A stretch of DNA of 64,000 nt from the human T2T-CHM13v2.0 reference genome, Homo sapiens (GCA_009914755.4 CP086569.2:11648001-11712000), one strand, 5' to 3'. Positions 23,651 to 38,140 are shown, counted from the stretch's first letter. A program made the numbers and translations. The notes: generated from the sequence alone by a model not told the origin.

Positions 23651-24280
23651 GTATTTGTTTTAGAAAAAACATTTGGTGAGGTTTGGGCTTAAAAATATAT
23701 TATTCTAAAATATTCATAAATATTCTCTAGTAATGATAAGATTAAAGTGATAAAGACAAACTTTTTTCCTGTGCAGTTCCATCTCTCACCTTCCCATAAT
23801 TTGCCTGTCCCATCCAGCTTCCAAAGGAAATTACTTACAAAATAATGTCTGCATCCTGGGTCTATATATCTATTGCCTATGAGGAGAGCGTTTAAGATCT
23901 GAGCCATCTTCAAGTCTTATACTTTGTGTATAGCTCTCATGTTTTTGCAGGTTAAGTAAGTTTGTATACCCTTTCTTTTATTAATCTGTGTATGGTCAGT
24001 TCATTTCGGGTAATCTTCAGAGGGTGAAAGGGGAAGCTTTTCACTTCACTCCTATTGTGAAAACTAACTACATTCTTACTTATTCAATTTTTTAGTCTAT
24101 ATCAACACTTTTATATACATTTACTTTTAAACAAAATTTTGCATCATTACACTTAAAATTTTATTTACATTTTAAAAAGGAAATTAAAAATAAAATTAAA
24201 AATTATAAAATTTTACATAATAAAAATAAAATAAATGATTTATATAAAAATTAATCTGACCTGTGAAAAACACTCTCCAG

Positions 24281-24580
24281 AGGCCAGGCGCACTGGCTAA
24301 CGCTTGTAATCCCAGCACCTTAGGAGGCCGAGGTGGGTGGATCACGAAGTCAGGCGATCTAGACCACGATGAAACACCTCTCTACCAAAAATACAAAAAA
24401 TTAGCTGGGTGTAGTGGCGGGCGCCTGTAGTCCCAGCCACTCAGAGAGGCTGAGGCAGGAGAATGACGTGAACCCAGGAGGCGGAGCTTGCAGTGATCCG
24501 AGATCGTGCCACTGCAATCCAGCCTGGGTGACAGAGCCAGACTCTGTCAAAAAAAAAAAAAAAAAAAAAAAAAGAAAAAA
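24281..24580 (+). mobile_element. Alu (AluY-like, sense) with a long poly-A tail
   Basis: ggccaggcgcactggctaacgcttgtaatcccagcaccttaggaggccgaggtgggtggatcacgaagtcagg...ccagcctgggtgacagagccagactctgtc(a)n. Confidence 0.85.
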
Positions 24581-24599
24581 GAAAAACACTATTGAGAGA

Positions 24600-25495
24600 A
24601 TAAAAAGACAAATCACAGACTGGGAGTAAAAATTTACAAAAGCTATATCTGGTGAAGATACATTTGTTATCCAAAATATACAAAGAACTCTCAGGACTCA
24701 ATAATAGGAAAATAAATAGTCTAACACAAATATAGAGATCTGAACAGACATTTCATCATAGAATACAGATGGATAATACGTAAGCACATTGAAAGATGTT
24801 CAACATCATTCATCATTAGGGAGATGTAAATTAAAACCACAATGAGATACTGCTACATGCCTATTTGAATAGCTAAAATTTAAAAGACTTGACCATACTA
24901 AACATTGGTGAGAACACAAAGGAACAGGAATGCTCATACACTGCTACTGGAAATACAGCCACTTTGTCAGTTTCTTTAAAAGTTAAACTGGCGAGGAGCG
25001 GTGGCTCACGCCTGTAATCCCAACACTTTGGGAGGCCAAGGCGGGCGGATCACGCAGTCGGGAAATCGAGACCATCCTAGCTAACACGGTGAAACGCCGT
25101 ATCTACTAAAAATACAAAAAATTAGCCGGGCGTGGTGGCGAGCGCCTGTAATCCCAGCTATTCCGGAGGCTGAGGCAGGAGAATGGTGTGAACCCGGGAG
25201 GCAGAGCTTGCAGTGAGCCGCGATGCACGACTGCACTCCAGCCTGGGCGACAGAGCGAGACTCCATCTCAAAAAAAAAAAAAAAAAAGAAAAGAAAAGTT
25301 AAACATATCACACCACCTAGTCATTGAAATCCGGCTTATTTGCCTAAGACAAATGAAAGCATATGTCCAAACGATTGGACAAACATTCGTAGCAACTTTA
25401 TTTGAAATAGCAAAAACAACTGGAAGCAAACCAAATGTCCATCAAGAGGTGAATAGATACACTAACTGTAGAATATCCATACAATAAAACTATTT
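24600..25495 (+). mobile_element. L1 (sense, ORF2 3' portion) split by an AluY insertion (about 24989-25287, +) that has an aaaagttaaac target-site duplication
   Basis: L1 sense: caaagaactctcaggactcaataataggaaaataaatagtctaac...tcattagggagatgtaaattaaaaccacaatgagatactgc...ggtgagaacacaaaggaacaggaatgctcatacactgctactgg, resuming after the Alu at acatatcacaccacctagtcattgaaatccggc...agcaactttatttgaaatagcaaaaacaactggaagcaaacc. Confidence 0.75.
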
Positions 25496-25684
25496 TTTTT
25501 TTAAACTACGGGGCAAAAAAACAAAAAAAACCCAAAGATAGAATCTAACTTCTTAGTAAATACATTCACTATTAGGGTTTTTATAACAGATAATTCATTC
25601 TTTATTAACACTCTTTTGACTATGAAAATATTTTGACATCAAAAATCTGCAAAATATGAAGAAACAAAGGACACACAGCTTTTT

Positions 25685-25997
25685 TTATTTTTTATTTTTA
25701 TTTTATTTTTATTTTTTTGAGAAGGAGTCTCTTTCTGTCACCCAGGCTGGAGTGCAGTGGCGTGATCTTAGCTCACTGCAAGGTGCGCCTCCCGGTTCAC
25801 GCCATTCTCCTGACTCAGTCTCCCGAATAGCTGGGACTACAGGCGCCCGCCACCAAGCCCGGCTAATTTTTTGTATTTTTAGTAGAGACAGGGTTTCTCC
25901 GTTAGCCAGCAAGGTCTCAATCTCCTGACCTCGTGATCTGCCCGCCTTGTCCTCTCAAAGTGCTGGGATTACAGGCGTGAGTCACCGCCCCTGGCCC
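25685..25997 (-). mobile_element. Alu (antisense) with TSD aggacacacagc (about 25669-25680 and about 26000-26011)
   Basis: T-rich tail then gagaaggagtctctttctgtcacccaggctggagtgcagtggcgtgatc...ctcaaagtgctgggattacaggcgtgagtcaccgcccctggcc. Confidence 0.85.
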
Positions 25998-26030
25998 CAG
26001 GACACACAGCTTTAAAATTTCTCCTTTGTC

Positions 26031-26351
<321 letters not shown>

Positions 26352-27839
26352 CCTTTGTCTCACCCAGTGCCAACCACCTAAAACCTCTCATTTTCCCCCA
26401 GACATTTCTTCTGCCTCCAGGATGGAGGTAGAGAATCTTGGCCTTGGGCCACGCTCTGGGGACCATGCTGGGCTGTCGTGGTCAGTGAGGGACTCAGGTT
26501 CTCACCAGGATCCCCAACATAGGCCCCTGAAAAAAATGTTACCATCAGGGTGCGCTCCCTGACTCTTGTGTCTACTGGAAGGAGGAAATCAAGCCAGGAA
26601 CATTGTCAGGATAGAGATGAAAATGGGGCTCACTTTTCTGTCTCTTGTGATGTCAGACAAGCCTTTCAGCTCTGTCTCCTCAGCCCTCATGGAATTGTTT
26701 GGTGTGGACGCACCGAGATTCTGAACTGGGTCCCCTTTCCCTCTGCCCTTCTCTGGGGCCAGATTCTGAGCTCTCCATTCCAATTTTTCCCCCAATTTGC
26801 CCTTGCACTTATTTATCTGGATTACTGTCTGCCTGTCCCAAAGAATAAAAGCTTTATCACAGTGGGGACTTTGTTTAAAAAAAATAATAACGGCTATATT
26901 TTTAGGATCCATGACACTCTCCAGCATATCGGTGGTATCTGATAAAAAATGTTTGTTGACTGAATGAACAAATATATTATTCACAATTCACATTATCCTG
27001 AACTGGCTAGAAAATTAAATATCTGATATCAGTATTGGCAACATTATGAAGTAAATATAATTCTGATACAGTGCTCGTGAAAGTCTAATATGAAATGCTC
27101 ATTTTAGAAAACATTTTCTTGTAGATTTGCAAATGTTTCATCTCCATGAACTAGTTGTATATATGCAAGTTGTGTATCTTTGGGTTAGGCAGAATAATTG
27201 TCCCCCACCAAAGACAGCCATATCCTAGTCTTCAGATAAGGTGAACATGCTAACGTAAGTTAGCATGTTCAAAGGGACTTGACAGATGTGATTATCATTA
27301 AGGGCATTGAAACAGGGAAATTACCTTGAATTACCTTGGTGAACCAATCTAATCTCATAATTACTTGAGAGCAGAGAATATTTTCTGGATGCTGAGATTC
27401 AGACAGACGGCAGTATGAGAAAGATGTGGCCTGCTATTACTGGCTTTTACAACAGTGGTAGGGGGCCACAAGCCAAGGAAAGCCAGTGAACTTTAGAAGC
27501 TGGGAATGACCCAAAGTTTACAACTAGGAAGAAACTGAGGATCCACAACCACAAGGAACTGAATTCTGCCAACAACCCAGATGCTCTTTTAGAGCCTTCA
27601 GAAAGAAATGCAGCCTGCCAACATCTTCATATTAGTTCAGTGAGAGCCATGCCAGATTTCCAACCAAAACAATTCTAAGACAATAAGTTTGTGTGTGTTT
27701 TTTAAAACTGACTCAAATCTTACAAAAAAGTGTTCTTTTAAGCCACTGAATTTGTGGTAAATTGTTACAGCAGGAATAGAAAACTGATACAACCCTAGAG
27801 AAAGTCTTGTACATGTGCCCTATAAACACACAGCAGAAT

Positions 27840-29960
27840 TTTTTTAACCTTTTATTGAGTTAAAAAATACATATATAATTTACCATCTATACATTTTTAG
27901 AGGACAGTTTAGTGGTGATAAATACATTTATATTTTCTTCTCTTAATCTCCTCTTCCCACTCCCCTTGCTGGCCTCTAGCAACCAACGATTTACTTTCTA
28001 TCTTCATGAGATCCACTTTTTTACTGCCCACATATGAGTGACAACATGTGGTATTTGTCTTTCTGTGCTTGGCTCATTCCACTTAACATAATGGCCTATG
28101 TTCATTACGTTAAGCCAAATGGCCAGCACCACCTATATTCCTGTGAATGACAGAATTTCATTCTTCTTTGTATCTGAGCAGTATTCCATTATGTACATAT
28201 ATGACTTTTAAAATCTATTCATTTGTTGATGAGCACTTACGTTGATTCAATATTTTGTCTATTGTGAATAGTGCTGCAGTACACATCGGCATGTAGATAT
28301 GTCTTTGATACATTAATTTCCTTTATTTTGGATATATATCCAGTAAGGAAATTGCTGGACCACATGGTAGTTCTATTTTTACTTTTTTGAAAGCCTCCAT
28401 ACTGTTCTCCATAGTGGCTTTATTAATGTAGATTCCCACCAACAGTGTACTAGTATTTCCCTTTCTCCACATCCTTGCCAACATCTGTTATTGCCTGTCT
28501 TTTTGAAACAAGTCATTTCAACCAAGGTGAGATGATATTGCATTGTGATTTTGATTTGCATTTCTTTGACGATTAGTGATATTGAACATTTTTTCATCTT
28601 CCTATTGGCCATTTGTATGTCTTCGTTTGAGAAAATACCTGTTCAGATCGTTTGCCCATTTTTAAATTGTATTTATTTATATATTTTTAACTATTTTTTT
28701 TAGAAGCAAGGACTTTCTTTGTCACCCAAGCTAAAGGGTAGTAGCCTAATCATAGCTCACTGTAACCTCAAACTCCTGGGACTAAGAAATCATCCCGACC
28801 GGGCGCGGTGGCTCACGCCTGTATTCCCAGCACTTTGGGAGGCTGAGGCGGGCGGATCACGAGGTCAGGAGATCGAGACCATCCTGGCTAACACGGTGAA
28901 ACCCCGTCTCTACTAAAAATACAAAAAATTAGCCGGGCTTGGTGCCGGGCGCCTGTAGTCCCAGCTACTCAGGAGGCTGAGGCAGGAGAATGACGTGAAC
29001 CCCGGGGGAGCAGAGCCTGCAGTGAGCCGAGATCGCTCCACTGCACTCCAACCTGGGTGACAGCGAGACTCCATCTCAAAAAAAAAAAAAAAAGAAAAGA
29101 AATCCTCCTACCTCAGCCTCTTCAGTAGCCCATTTTTCAATCAGATTTTTTGTTTGTTTATTACTGAGTTGTTTGAGTTCCTTATATATTCTACTTATTA
29201 ATCCTTTATCAGATAGATAGTTTGAAAATATTTTGTCCCATTCTGTGGTCGGCTCTTCACTTTGTTGATTGTTTCCTTTGCTTGAGGCTTTTTAGTTTGA
29301 TATAATCCCATTGTCTATTTTTGCTTTTGTTGCCTGTGCTTCCGAGTTCTTACGCCAAAAAATCTTTGCCCAGACTAATGTCCTGGATCATTTCTCCTAT
29401 GCTTTCTTTTTTTCTTTCTTTTTTTTCTTTTCACGCCATTCTCCTGCCTCAGCCTCCCGAGTAGCCAGGACTACAGGTGCCCACCATCATGCCCCGCTAA
29501 CCTTTTTTTTTTTTTTTTTTTTTTTTGTATTTTTAGTAGAGACGGAGTTTCACCGTGTTAGCCAGGGTGGTCTTGATCTTCTGACCTTGTGATCCGGCCA
29601 CCTTGGCCTCCCAAAGTGCTGAGATTACAGACGAGAGCCACCGCGCCCGGCCTTTCCTATGTTTTTTTTTTTTTTTTTTTACTAGCTTCATAGTTTCAGG
29701 TCTCAGATTCAAGTCTTTAATCCATTTTTATTTGATTTGATTTTTGTGTATGGTAAGATGGGTTTAATTTTATCCTTCTGCATATGGTTATTCAGTTTTC
29801 CCAGGATCATTTATTGAAAAGACTGTTGTTTTCCCAGTGTATGTTCTTGATGCCTTTGTCAGAGGTGAGTTGTTTGTAAATGTGTAGATTTGTCTGCAAT
29901 CTCTATTCTGTTCCACTGTCCTATGTGTCTGTTTTTATGCCAGAAGAAATATATTGGCAA
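27840..29960 (-). mobile_element. Old L1 (antisense, ORF2 3' region/3'UTR) carrying nested insertions: an older antisense Alu (28700-28795 and 29100-29130) split by an AluY (28796-29098, +, TSD aagaaatcatcc), plus a truncated antisense Alu at about 29426-29650
   Basis: L1 antisense: ctcttcccactccccttgctggcctctagcaaccaacgatttactttctatcttcatgag...cttaacataatggcc...ttgtctattgtgaatagtgctgcagtacacatc...ccaccaacagtgtactagtatttccctttctccacatccttgccaacatctgttattgcc...tgtgattttgatttgcatttctttgacgattagtgatattgaacattttttcat. AluY: ggcgcggtggctcacgcctgtattcccagcactttggg. Confidence 0.7.
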
Positions 29961-30412
29961 TAATTAGTACAGAAAAGCTGAAACAATGAAATGACAAAAG
30001 TGAATTGTACTGATATAATTCATTATGCCCACTAAATGCAGTAGCATACAGCCAGGAAAACAATGTAGTGCACACGGTATTAAAATACAACACAATTCAA
30101 TATACACAGTGCTCACAGTGGCCTTCGTTAGAGTGTTGAAAAAGGGGATGTAGTCAGCAAAAGTTGTACAGGTGACTTCAAAAGTAATCATAAGCACTTA
30201 TGATTACTTTTGGCTTAATTTCTTAAATCAAGACTGGAGACACAGGTGTTCATTATGTGCTTATTATATATATAAAATAAATATTTTATAAATCTGTTGT
30301 TTCTATTCAGTATTTAATAAAGTAAATCAATAGAAAAGGTTAAAAAGCAATGCACACATATTCGAAATATTTTTTGCTCTAAATTATATAAACATTGCAT
30401 AGTTATTGCCCT

Positions 30413-30570
30413 GGGCCTGGCAAGGTGACCCACACCTCTCATCCTAGCACTATAGGAGACTGAGGCAGGAGGATAGCTTCAGCCCCAGAGGTCAAGGCTG
30501 CAGTGAGCCTTAATTCCACTACTGCACTCCAGCCTAGGTGACAGAGAAAGATGCTGTCTGATGATAAAAA
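30413..30570 (+). mobile_element. Short (internally deleted) Alu-like element
   Basis: ggcctggcaaggtgacccacacctctcatcctagcactataggagactgaggcaggaggatagc...gctgcagtgagccttaattccactactgcactccagcctaggtgacagagaaag. Confidence 0.55.
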
Positions 30571-30599
30571 TAAAAATAAGTTAATATATAAATATATGT

Positions 30600-30690
30600 T
30601 TATATATTAACTGATTTTATTAACTATATATATATACATATATATATACACACACATATATATATATATAGTTGTTGTCTTGGTCTATAG
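30600..30690. repeat. (TA)n/(CA)n low-complexity repeat
   Basis: ctatatatatatacatatatatatacacacacatatatatatatatag. Confidence 0.75.
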
Positions 30691-33600
30691 GCAATCTTAC
30701 AGTGCTTAAGACTTTGATATTGAGAACAGATCTCCTAGGTATATGCTGTGTTTCTGGGGTGACATGATGCTCTCATCTGGCCTCTGTGAGCCTAATTCTA
30801 TCTTACATTTACCCCACTCTTCAACAACTTGGGGAGGTGTCCCTAAACATTCCTAGGTGAACCCAAACCTGTGGCCCTCAACACATTTCTAGGTAAAGCA
30901 AGCTCCTGACATATCTGTGGATATCCTCTCATTGGAAGAAGGGGGAAGAGATCATCTCAAAATAATTCATTTAATATAGCTTTTCAACATTAATTTTATT
31001 TTGATAAAGAGACACACAGTAAATAAAATTTCTAAAAAACTATAAACTTTCAAACATTCTCACGCTAAATCTACCTCTGCTCACATGCCAGGGAAATATA
31101 AAGGTAATCTGTTTCTCAACCTGACCAGGATGCTACAGTAATTAAAAATAAACTCAATTCCTGGATCCCTACCAAAGGGACATTTCATATGGATCAAAGT
31201 TCTGGAAAAATTATTTGTCTGGAAATAGACTAATTCTCCAAAATATAATTGAAATAACGGCTTCTGGAAAGGGCCAAATACGACTCTTAATGATATAACA
31301 GCTAAATATAGGTCTGATGCTCATTCCGTGTGGAGAACAATAGCAGCCATTCCCACAAACGGCAGATTTGGGGGAAGTAAACACTACTTTTGCAGAATCT
31401 TACATGATTTCAGTAGAAGGGCAAGGACATTTCAGTTGGGAACAGATTGCTCCATGGTAATGTGATCACTATGTACCCAACAATGGCTCTTTCTTCCTAG
31501 TGTCATTGCAGATGATATTTTCACTTTAACTATTACCATTGCTGTTTCTAATCACATAAAAGTGTATCCTTTATATATCTGAAGTAAATTCATACTAGTG
31601 ATGTAACATCTCCAGCCATTTAAGTGTAAAAACAGAAAACGTATGATGTGTTTGCTTACTGTTTTATACTCTTAACGCATGAAGAGAAGATCCTTTTATT
31701 CATTGCCTATACTTTTATTTCTAAACTTTCCATAACACTTTATCTTATATCCAGCATAGAATTGAGATTTGCTTTTTCATTTAATCTAACAATATTTTTT
31801 CCTCTACTAAGAGTCAAGCCCACTTACTTTTAATGATAAATTGTGTTTGGTTATATTTTGATTACAATATATTATGCTATGATTTATATGCACATATTTG
31901 TCTTTTGCTGTCTTGTTTGTTTTTATTGTTTATGTTTTGATGGTTGTGATACTTGGAAGAGTTAAACTTTTATTCTGATGGCTACCTTATGTAATTTCAT
32001 AAAATCATCTCTTTCTTTAGACGGTAGCTAATGTCTCTAAACTAAGAACAATAGTATTAGCTGTATTCTCTTTCTTGTCCTCCCTATGTGATTTTTCATC
32101 CCACATTTTGATTTAATCATATTAACTTTGATTCCCCTGGTACCATTAAGTATGCTTACATTTCTATAAACAATATCTTTTGACTCCCAGGCATTACAGA
32201 TGAGCAGTCAGTAAAATCATTCTGTGGAATACTTTCTCTTTCCTTTTCTTCCATTTTTCTTAGTTGTATCATTTCTATATTGCCAGAGCACCTACAGTTG
32301 CATTTCTTTCTGTCAGCTTTATCCAGCATTTGTTTTTGACTTTTATTTGAAGTTAAATATATTCCTTGCTCACTACAACACTGGGGGAAAGAAGGTTTCT
32401 GTTGTCATTGTTGTGTTTGTACAGTTGTTTATTTAAAGACGTTGGGGAAAACAAAAACTGTATGTAGATGGAATGGAGATAAGACAGAAAATGAGAGAGA
32501 CTGATGATGAGTGTGCCTATTCTAGACTGGGAGGCATGCTACACTGAGTAGTGTCTCAAGGCCGCAGGAAAGGATGGTTGATAGTGAGCAGGTGGACTTT
32601 CCACTGGAGGAGAGAAGTCCTGCTCTCAACAACCTGTGCAGAACCAGAAACTGGTAATGCTTCAAATCAACTTACAGACCTGGAGGTAGAAATTTAAGAA
32701 AACTCGTTTAGCACCTAGTTTCGTAGAAAATATTAGCTACTATTTGCTGAGCATCTGTCAGTCTGTCTGTAGCATGGAAGATCTGAGTGCAGGGGAAACT
32801 GGATTAGTAACAGTGGGTCAGAAAATTATATAATATTCAACCAAAATTCCTGCTTTACATACACAGCACCTGATATTTCCAGAACTAGAAGGTAAAGAAA
32901 TTATTTGTTCTTGAACTTGCAGACAACTGCCTTTTCCCTTCTTCTCTTGCATATTAACCTGGAGCTTCCCTTTTCTTGAGCCTCAGTGTGCTTCTCAACT
33001 CAACTTATAATTGACTTCCTGCAGCTTCTCCTTAGGACAGGGCTTTGTTTTGGGAGTGGTTAATTTGTAGGATTCATAGGAAACAGACCACTCACAGCAC
33101 CTGTTTTATGCCATCCTCACTCTCAGCTATGAGTTGAGGCCCAGGAAGCCTTCTGCCAGCCTCAACTGCTGCTCTCAGATTATCTGCTGAGTTCTTTTTG
33201 CCTAGTAAGAATCTCTGAATTTAGGAACATTGATGTTAGCGCTTGTGTTTCTAGGTTTTCCAGTTCCCAGGGCCATTAAACATTTTTTTTCCTTTCCTTT
33301 CCTTTTTCCAAAAAAATTGGTGATTCCCCTGGGTCTCTGTGGTTTAACCTTAGTCAGTTTTTGTGAGAGATTCAGGGATATTAATAAAGCCGTGCTGCTA
33401 CTGCTACTAACATCTTGAATAAAAGCCCTATTAATTAAAATGTTTATTGTGCCTGTGATTTGAACTTGTAATTTTATTCAAAGTTTTTCAACAGAGATCC
33501 AGAAAAGACCCTCCTTATATGTTTAGTTTTGTGCATTGCAACACTTTTTAGTGAAAAAAAATGAGAACAACACAAGTGATTTTAAAAGAATAAACCTACA

Positions 33601-34096
33601 ATCCATCAATTATAAAATGAAATACTATGCAGGTGTTAAGAATGAGGGAATCAATAAGAACTTGTGTGGGGTAATATAAACTTCTAAAAAATAAATTTAA
33701 TGTTCATGTGACCATATTATCGTTAAAAAAGTACAAACATACTTGCACACAACTTCAAGAAAAATGGGTACACGCATTTAAAAATATTTAAATTAAGTAA
33801 ATGGCCCAATAATTTAACTTTGTACAATTCTGTGTTCTCTGATTATTTTATATGCTAGAAACAGGTATTACTGTTTTGTTTATTTCATTTGAAATAATTG
33901 TAGTCACATGAGGTTTAAGTTATAATACAGAGAGGTCACATATGCCTATTTTCTAATTGGATACCTTATTTATTACAATTGAGTTTTGAGAATTTTTTAC
34001 ATATGCTAGATGTAAGTTCTTTGTCAGATATATGGTATACAAATTATTTCTCCCAGTCTGTAATTCATTTTTTCAACCTCTTTACAGGGTCTTTCT

Positions 34097-34131
<35 letters not shown>

Positions 34132-34283
34132 TTTATTTATTTTAATGAAGTCCAGTTTTATCACTTTTTCCTTTTGTAGATTTTGTTTTTGATATCAAGC
34201 CTAAAAATTATTTGCCTAGCCCAAGGTCTCAAGAGTTTTCTTATATTTTAAAAAGTTTAATGAATTTATTTATTTATTAATTA

Positions 34284-34425
34284 TTTTTGAGACGAGGTTT
34301 CGCCCAAGCTGTAGTGCAGTGGTGCCATCATTACTCACTGCAGCCACTAACTGCTGGATTGAAGTGATCCTTCCACCTCAGCCACTTGAGTAGTAGCTGG
34401 GATTACAGGCACGAGCTACCATACA
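34284..34425 (-). mobile_element. Alu fragment (antisense)
   Basis: ttttgagacgaggtttcgcccaagctgtagtgcagtggtgccatcattactcactgcagcc...cctcagccacttgagtagtagctgggattacaggcacgagctacc. Confidence 0.6.
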
Positions 34426-35084
34426 CAACTTTAAGTTTTATCATATTACATTTTACATTTAAGCCTGTGATTTATGTGAGCTAAATTTTATATAAAGTAT
34501 AAATTTAGATCAGTCTTAGTTTTTGTACCTGTGAATGTCCAATTGCTCTAGCACCATTTGTTGAAAAAGATATCCTTCCTTTAAACTGATTTTGCATCCT
34601 TGTTAAAAAAAAAAACTCAGTTGAATATAGTGTGGTCTGTCAGCTTTTAATAAGATAAAAACATTGGCACTCACCAGATATCGAAGTTTAGAAATTTTTT
34701 TAAAGCTAAACTTCTGAAAATTGAATAAAAACACCTTCACATGTCAAATTAGTCAATTTGTATAGGACTAATTCATTTAAATATATTAAAATACAAAATA
34801 ATTCAAACCACTAAAGTGATAATACAAGACTATAAATTTAAAGGCTAATTATTAAATCAAATTGCTGTATTCTACGTGTTAGAGTGAGCTCAAAAGATCC
34901 ATTGTATTACTGAATAGGCGAAAGTTTTAATTTCAGAGGATGAAACTGATATATTACTGCCACCTGGTGGATATTCTGTTATTACAGGCTATTATAAAAA
35001 TCAATGAGAGTATGTAATCTGTTCTAACAAGAAGCATTTCCTTTTTTGTCGTTTTTATTATTGTTATTATTACATTTTAAATTC

Positions 35085-35285
35085 TGAGATACATGTATAG
35101 AACGTGGAGATTTGTTACATAGGTATACACATGCCATGGTGGTTTACTGCACCCATCAACCCATCATCTAAGTTAGGTATTTCTCCTAATGCTATCACTC
35201 CCCCAGCCTCCCACTCCGCTGACAGGCCCCGGTATGTGATGTTCCCCTCCCTGTGTCCATGTGTTCTCATTGTTCAACTCAAAAG
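35085..35285 (-). mobile_element. L1 3'-end fragment (antisense)
   Basis: ctgagatacatgtatagaacgtggagatttgttacataggtatacacatgccatggtggtttactgcacccatcaacccatcatctaagttaggtatttctcctaatgctatcactccc. Confidence 0.65.
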
Positions 35286-35361
35286 AAAAACAGAAGCATT
35301 TTCTGTTTTACCAATTTCTTAAATACAATGCAACTTTATGTTTAATTTAACTAACTTAATT

Positions 35362-35650
35362 TTTTGAGACAAGGTCTAGCTCTGCTGCCCAGGCTGGAGT
35401 GGAGTGGCGTGAATATGGTTCAGTGAAACCTCCACCTCCCTGACTCAAGTGATCCTCCTTCCTCAGTCTCTCGAGTAGCTAGGACCACAGGCACGCCACC
35501 ACCATGGCCAGCTAATTTCTTTTTGATTTTTTTAGAGATGAGGTCTCACTTTGTTGTCCACGCTGGTCTCAAACTCCTGGGCTCAAAGGATCCTCTTGCC
35601 ATGGCCTCCAACAGTGCTGGGATTTATAGGTGTGTGCCATGGCACCAGGC
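35362..35650 (-). mobile_element. Alu (antisense)
   Basis: ttttttgagacaaggtctagctctgctgcccaggctggagtggagtggcgtg...tccaacagtgctgggatttataggtgtgtgccatggcaccaggcc. Confidence 0.8.
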
Positions 35651-35934
35651 CTAAGCAACTGTAGAGAAGCCTTTTTTTCTTTCATAAAAGCAGTTGTAGA
35701 TATTTTCCTTATGGAATTTATTTGTGGTGAAATATTTTAATAGACAGTTTAATTTGTTAAATAACTTGTCTCAGATAATAATAATTTATTAATATTAAAA
35801 CTACAAAATAAGTCGGGTCTTCTTTTTCTATGAAAACTGAAAGTTGATTCTGACATTTATGTAAACATTTTAAATATTCAAAGTATATAAATGTGAAGTC
35901 CTATCAAGAGTAATTAGACAAGAGAAAGAAATAA

Positions 35935-38140
35935 AGAGCATTCAAATCGGAAAGGAGGACATCAAATTGTTCATATTTGCAGATGACATGATCTTATATA
36001 TAGGAAAACCTGAAGACTCTACCAGAAAACTTTTAGAACAAACAAATTCAGTGACGTTGCAAGACACAAAACTAATACACAAAGATTGGTTGCATTTATA
36101 TGTATGAACAACAAACTCGCTGAAAAAGAAATTAAGAAGGCAAACCCATTTACAATAGTTACCAAAAGAAAACCCAGACATAAATGTAACCAAGGAGGTA
36201 AAATGAAAACTACAAAACACTAATGAAAGAAATTGAAGAGGATACAAACAAATGAAAAGACATTCACACTCATGGATCAGAAATATGAATGTTGTTAAAG
36301 TGACAGTACTACTCAAAAGCAACCTGCAGATTCAATGCAATCTCTATCAAAATACCTATGAACATTCTTCACAAAATTAAAAAAAAAATCCAAAGAGATT
36401 TTATGGAATCAAAAAATATCCTGAAGAGCCAAAGCCACCCTAAGCAAAAAAAAACAAAGCTGGATGTATCATGCTACCAGACCTCAGAATATACTACAAA
36501 ACTGTAGTAACCAAAACATCATGGTATTGGCATAAAAACAGACACATAGACCTATGGAATAGAATAAAGAACCCAGAAAATCCACATATCTCAGCCAACG
36601 GATTTTTTACAAAGATGCCAAAACACTCATTGGGGAAAGGATAGTCTCTTCAATAAATGGTGCTGGGAAAACTGGATATCCATATGCAGAAGAATGAAAC
36701 TAAACCTCTGCCTCTCACCCTATACAAAAGTCAACTCAAAGTATCTCAAATACCCAAATATAAGACCCAAAATGGTAAAGCTACTAGAAGAAAACATAGG
36801 GGAGATCCTTCAGGACATTGCTCTGGGAAAATATTTTATGAATAAGGCATCAAAAGCACAGACAACAAAAGAAAAAATAAACAAATGAGATCACATCAAG
36901 GTAAAAATCTTCTGCACAGCAAAGGAAATAATAAAGTGAGTGAAAAGACAACCTACAGAATGGGAGAAAATATAAACTCATCTGGCAGGAAATTAATAAC
37001 AAGAATATACAAGGAATTCAAACATATCAACAGCAAAGAAGCACAACAATCTAATTAAATATAAACAAATGCTCTGAACAGACATTTCTCAAAAGAAGAC
37101 ATACAAATGACCAACAAATATATGAAAAAAATGTTCAACACCACTAATCAGCAAGGAAATGTTAATCAAAGCCACAGTGAGGCATCATCTTACTCCACTT
37201 AGGATGGCTATTACAGAAGAGACAAAAATAACAAATGCTGACAAAGACGTGAAGAAAAGGGACTTTTTTTTGACAGAATCTCACTCTCCGTCCAGGCTAG
37301 AGTGCAGTGGTGGTGTAATCTGGCTCCCTCTGCCTCTAGGGTTCAAATAGTTCTCCTCCCTCAGCCTCCTGAGTAGCTGGAGAAAAAGGAACTCTTACGT
37401 ACTGTTGGTAGGAATGTAAATTAGTGCAGCCAGTATGGAGAACAATATTGAAACACCTCAAGAAATCCCACTACTGGGAATTTATCCAAAGGAAAGAAAA
37501 GCATTATATTGCAGAGACATCTGCATCCCCATGTTTATTGCAACAGTGTTCACAATAGCCAAGATATGGAATCAACCTAGGTTTCCAACAACAGATGAAT
37601 GGATTTTTTAACTATGGTATATATATATCAAGAAATGCTATTTAGCCATAAAAAAGAATAAATAAAATCCTGTCATTCTCAGCAACATGGATGGAACTGG
37701 AGGATATTATGTTAAGCAAAATAAGCCAGGAATAGAAATTTCAACACCACATGTTCTCACTCACGCAGAAGCTAAAAAAAAGTTGATCTCATAGAAGTAA
37801 AAAGTAGAACAGACGATACTGCAGGCTGAAAAGGGTAGGGAGAAAGGAGGAATAGTAAGAGATTTGTTAATGGATACAAAATTACAGCTAGGTAGGAGTA
37901 ATAAGTTCTAGTGTTCTATAGTACTGTAGATGACTATAGTTAACATACTATATTATGTAGTTTAAAATACCTAGGAGTAGTTTAAATGTTCCCAACACAA
38001 AGAAATAATAAATGTTTGAGATGATAGATATGCTAATTACCCTGATCTGATCACCATCTACATGTACTGAAACATCCCCGTATAGCCATGAATATGTATA
38101 ATCTTTGTCAATTTAAAAAGTAAAAAAAAAAAAAATAATC
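35935..38140 (+). mobile_element. L1 (sense; ORF2 3' half, 3'UTR, poly-A) with a small antisense Alu fragment inserted at about 37262-37385
   Basis: L1 sense: ttgttcatatttgcagatgacatgatcttatatataggaaaacc...aaatggtgctgggaaaactggatatccatatgcagaagaatgaaactaaacc...gaagacatacaaatgaccaacaaatatatgaaaaaaatgttcaacaccactaatcagcaaggaaatg...actgttggtaggaatgtaaattagtgcagcc...(a)15 at about 38125-38140. Confidence 0.8.
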
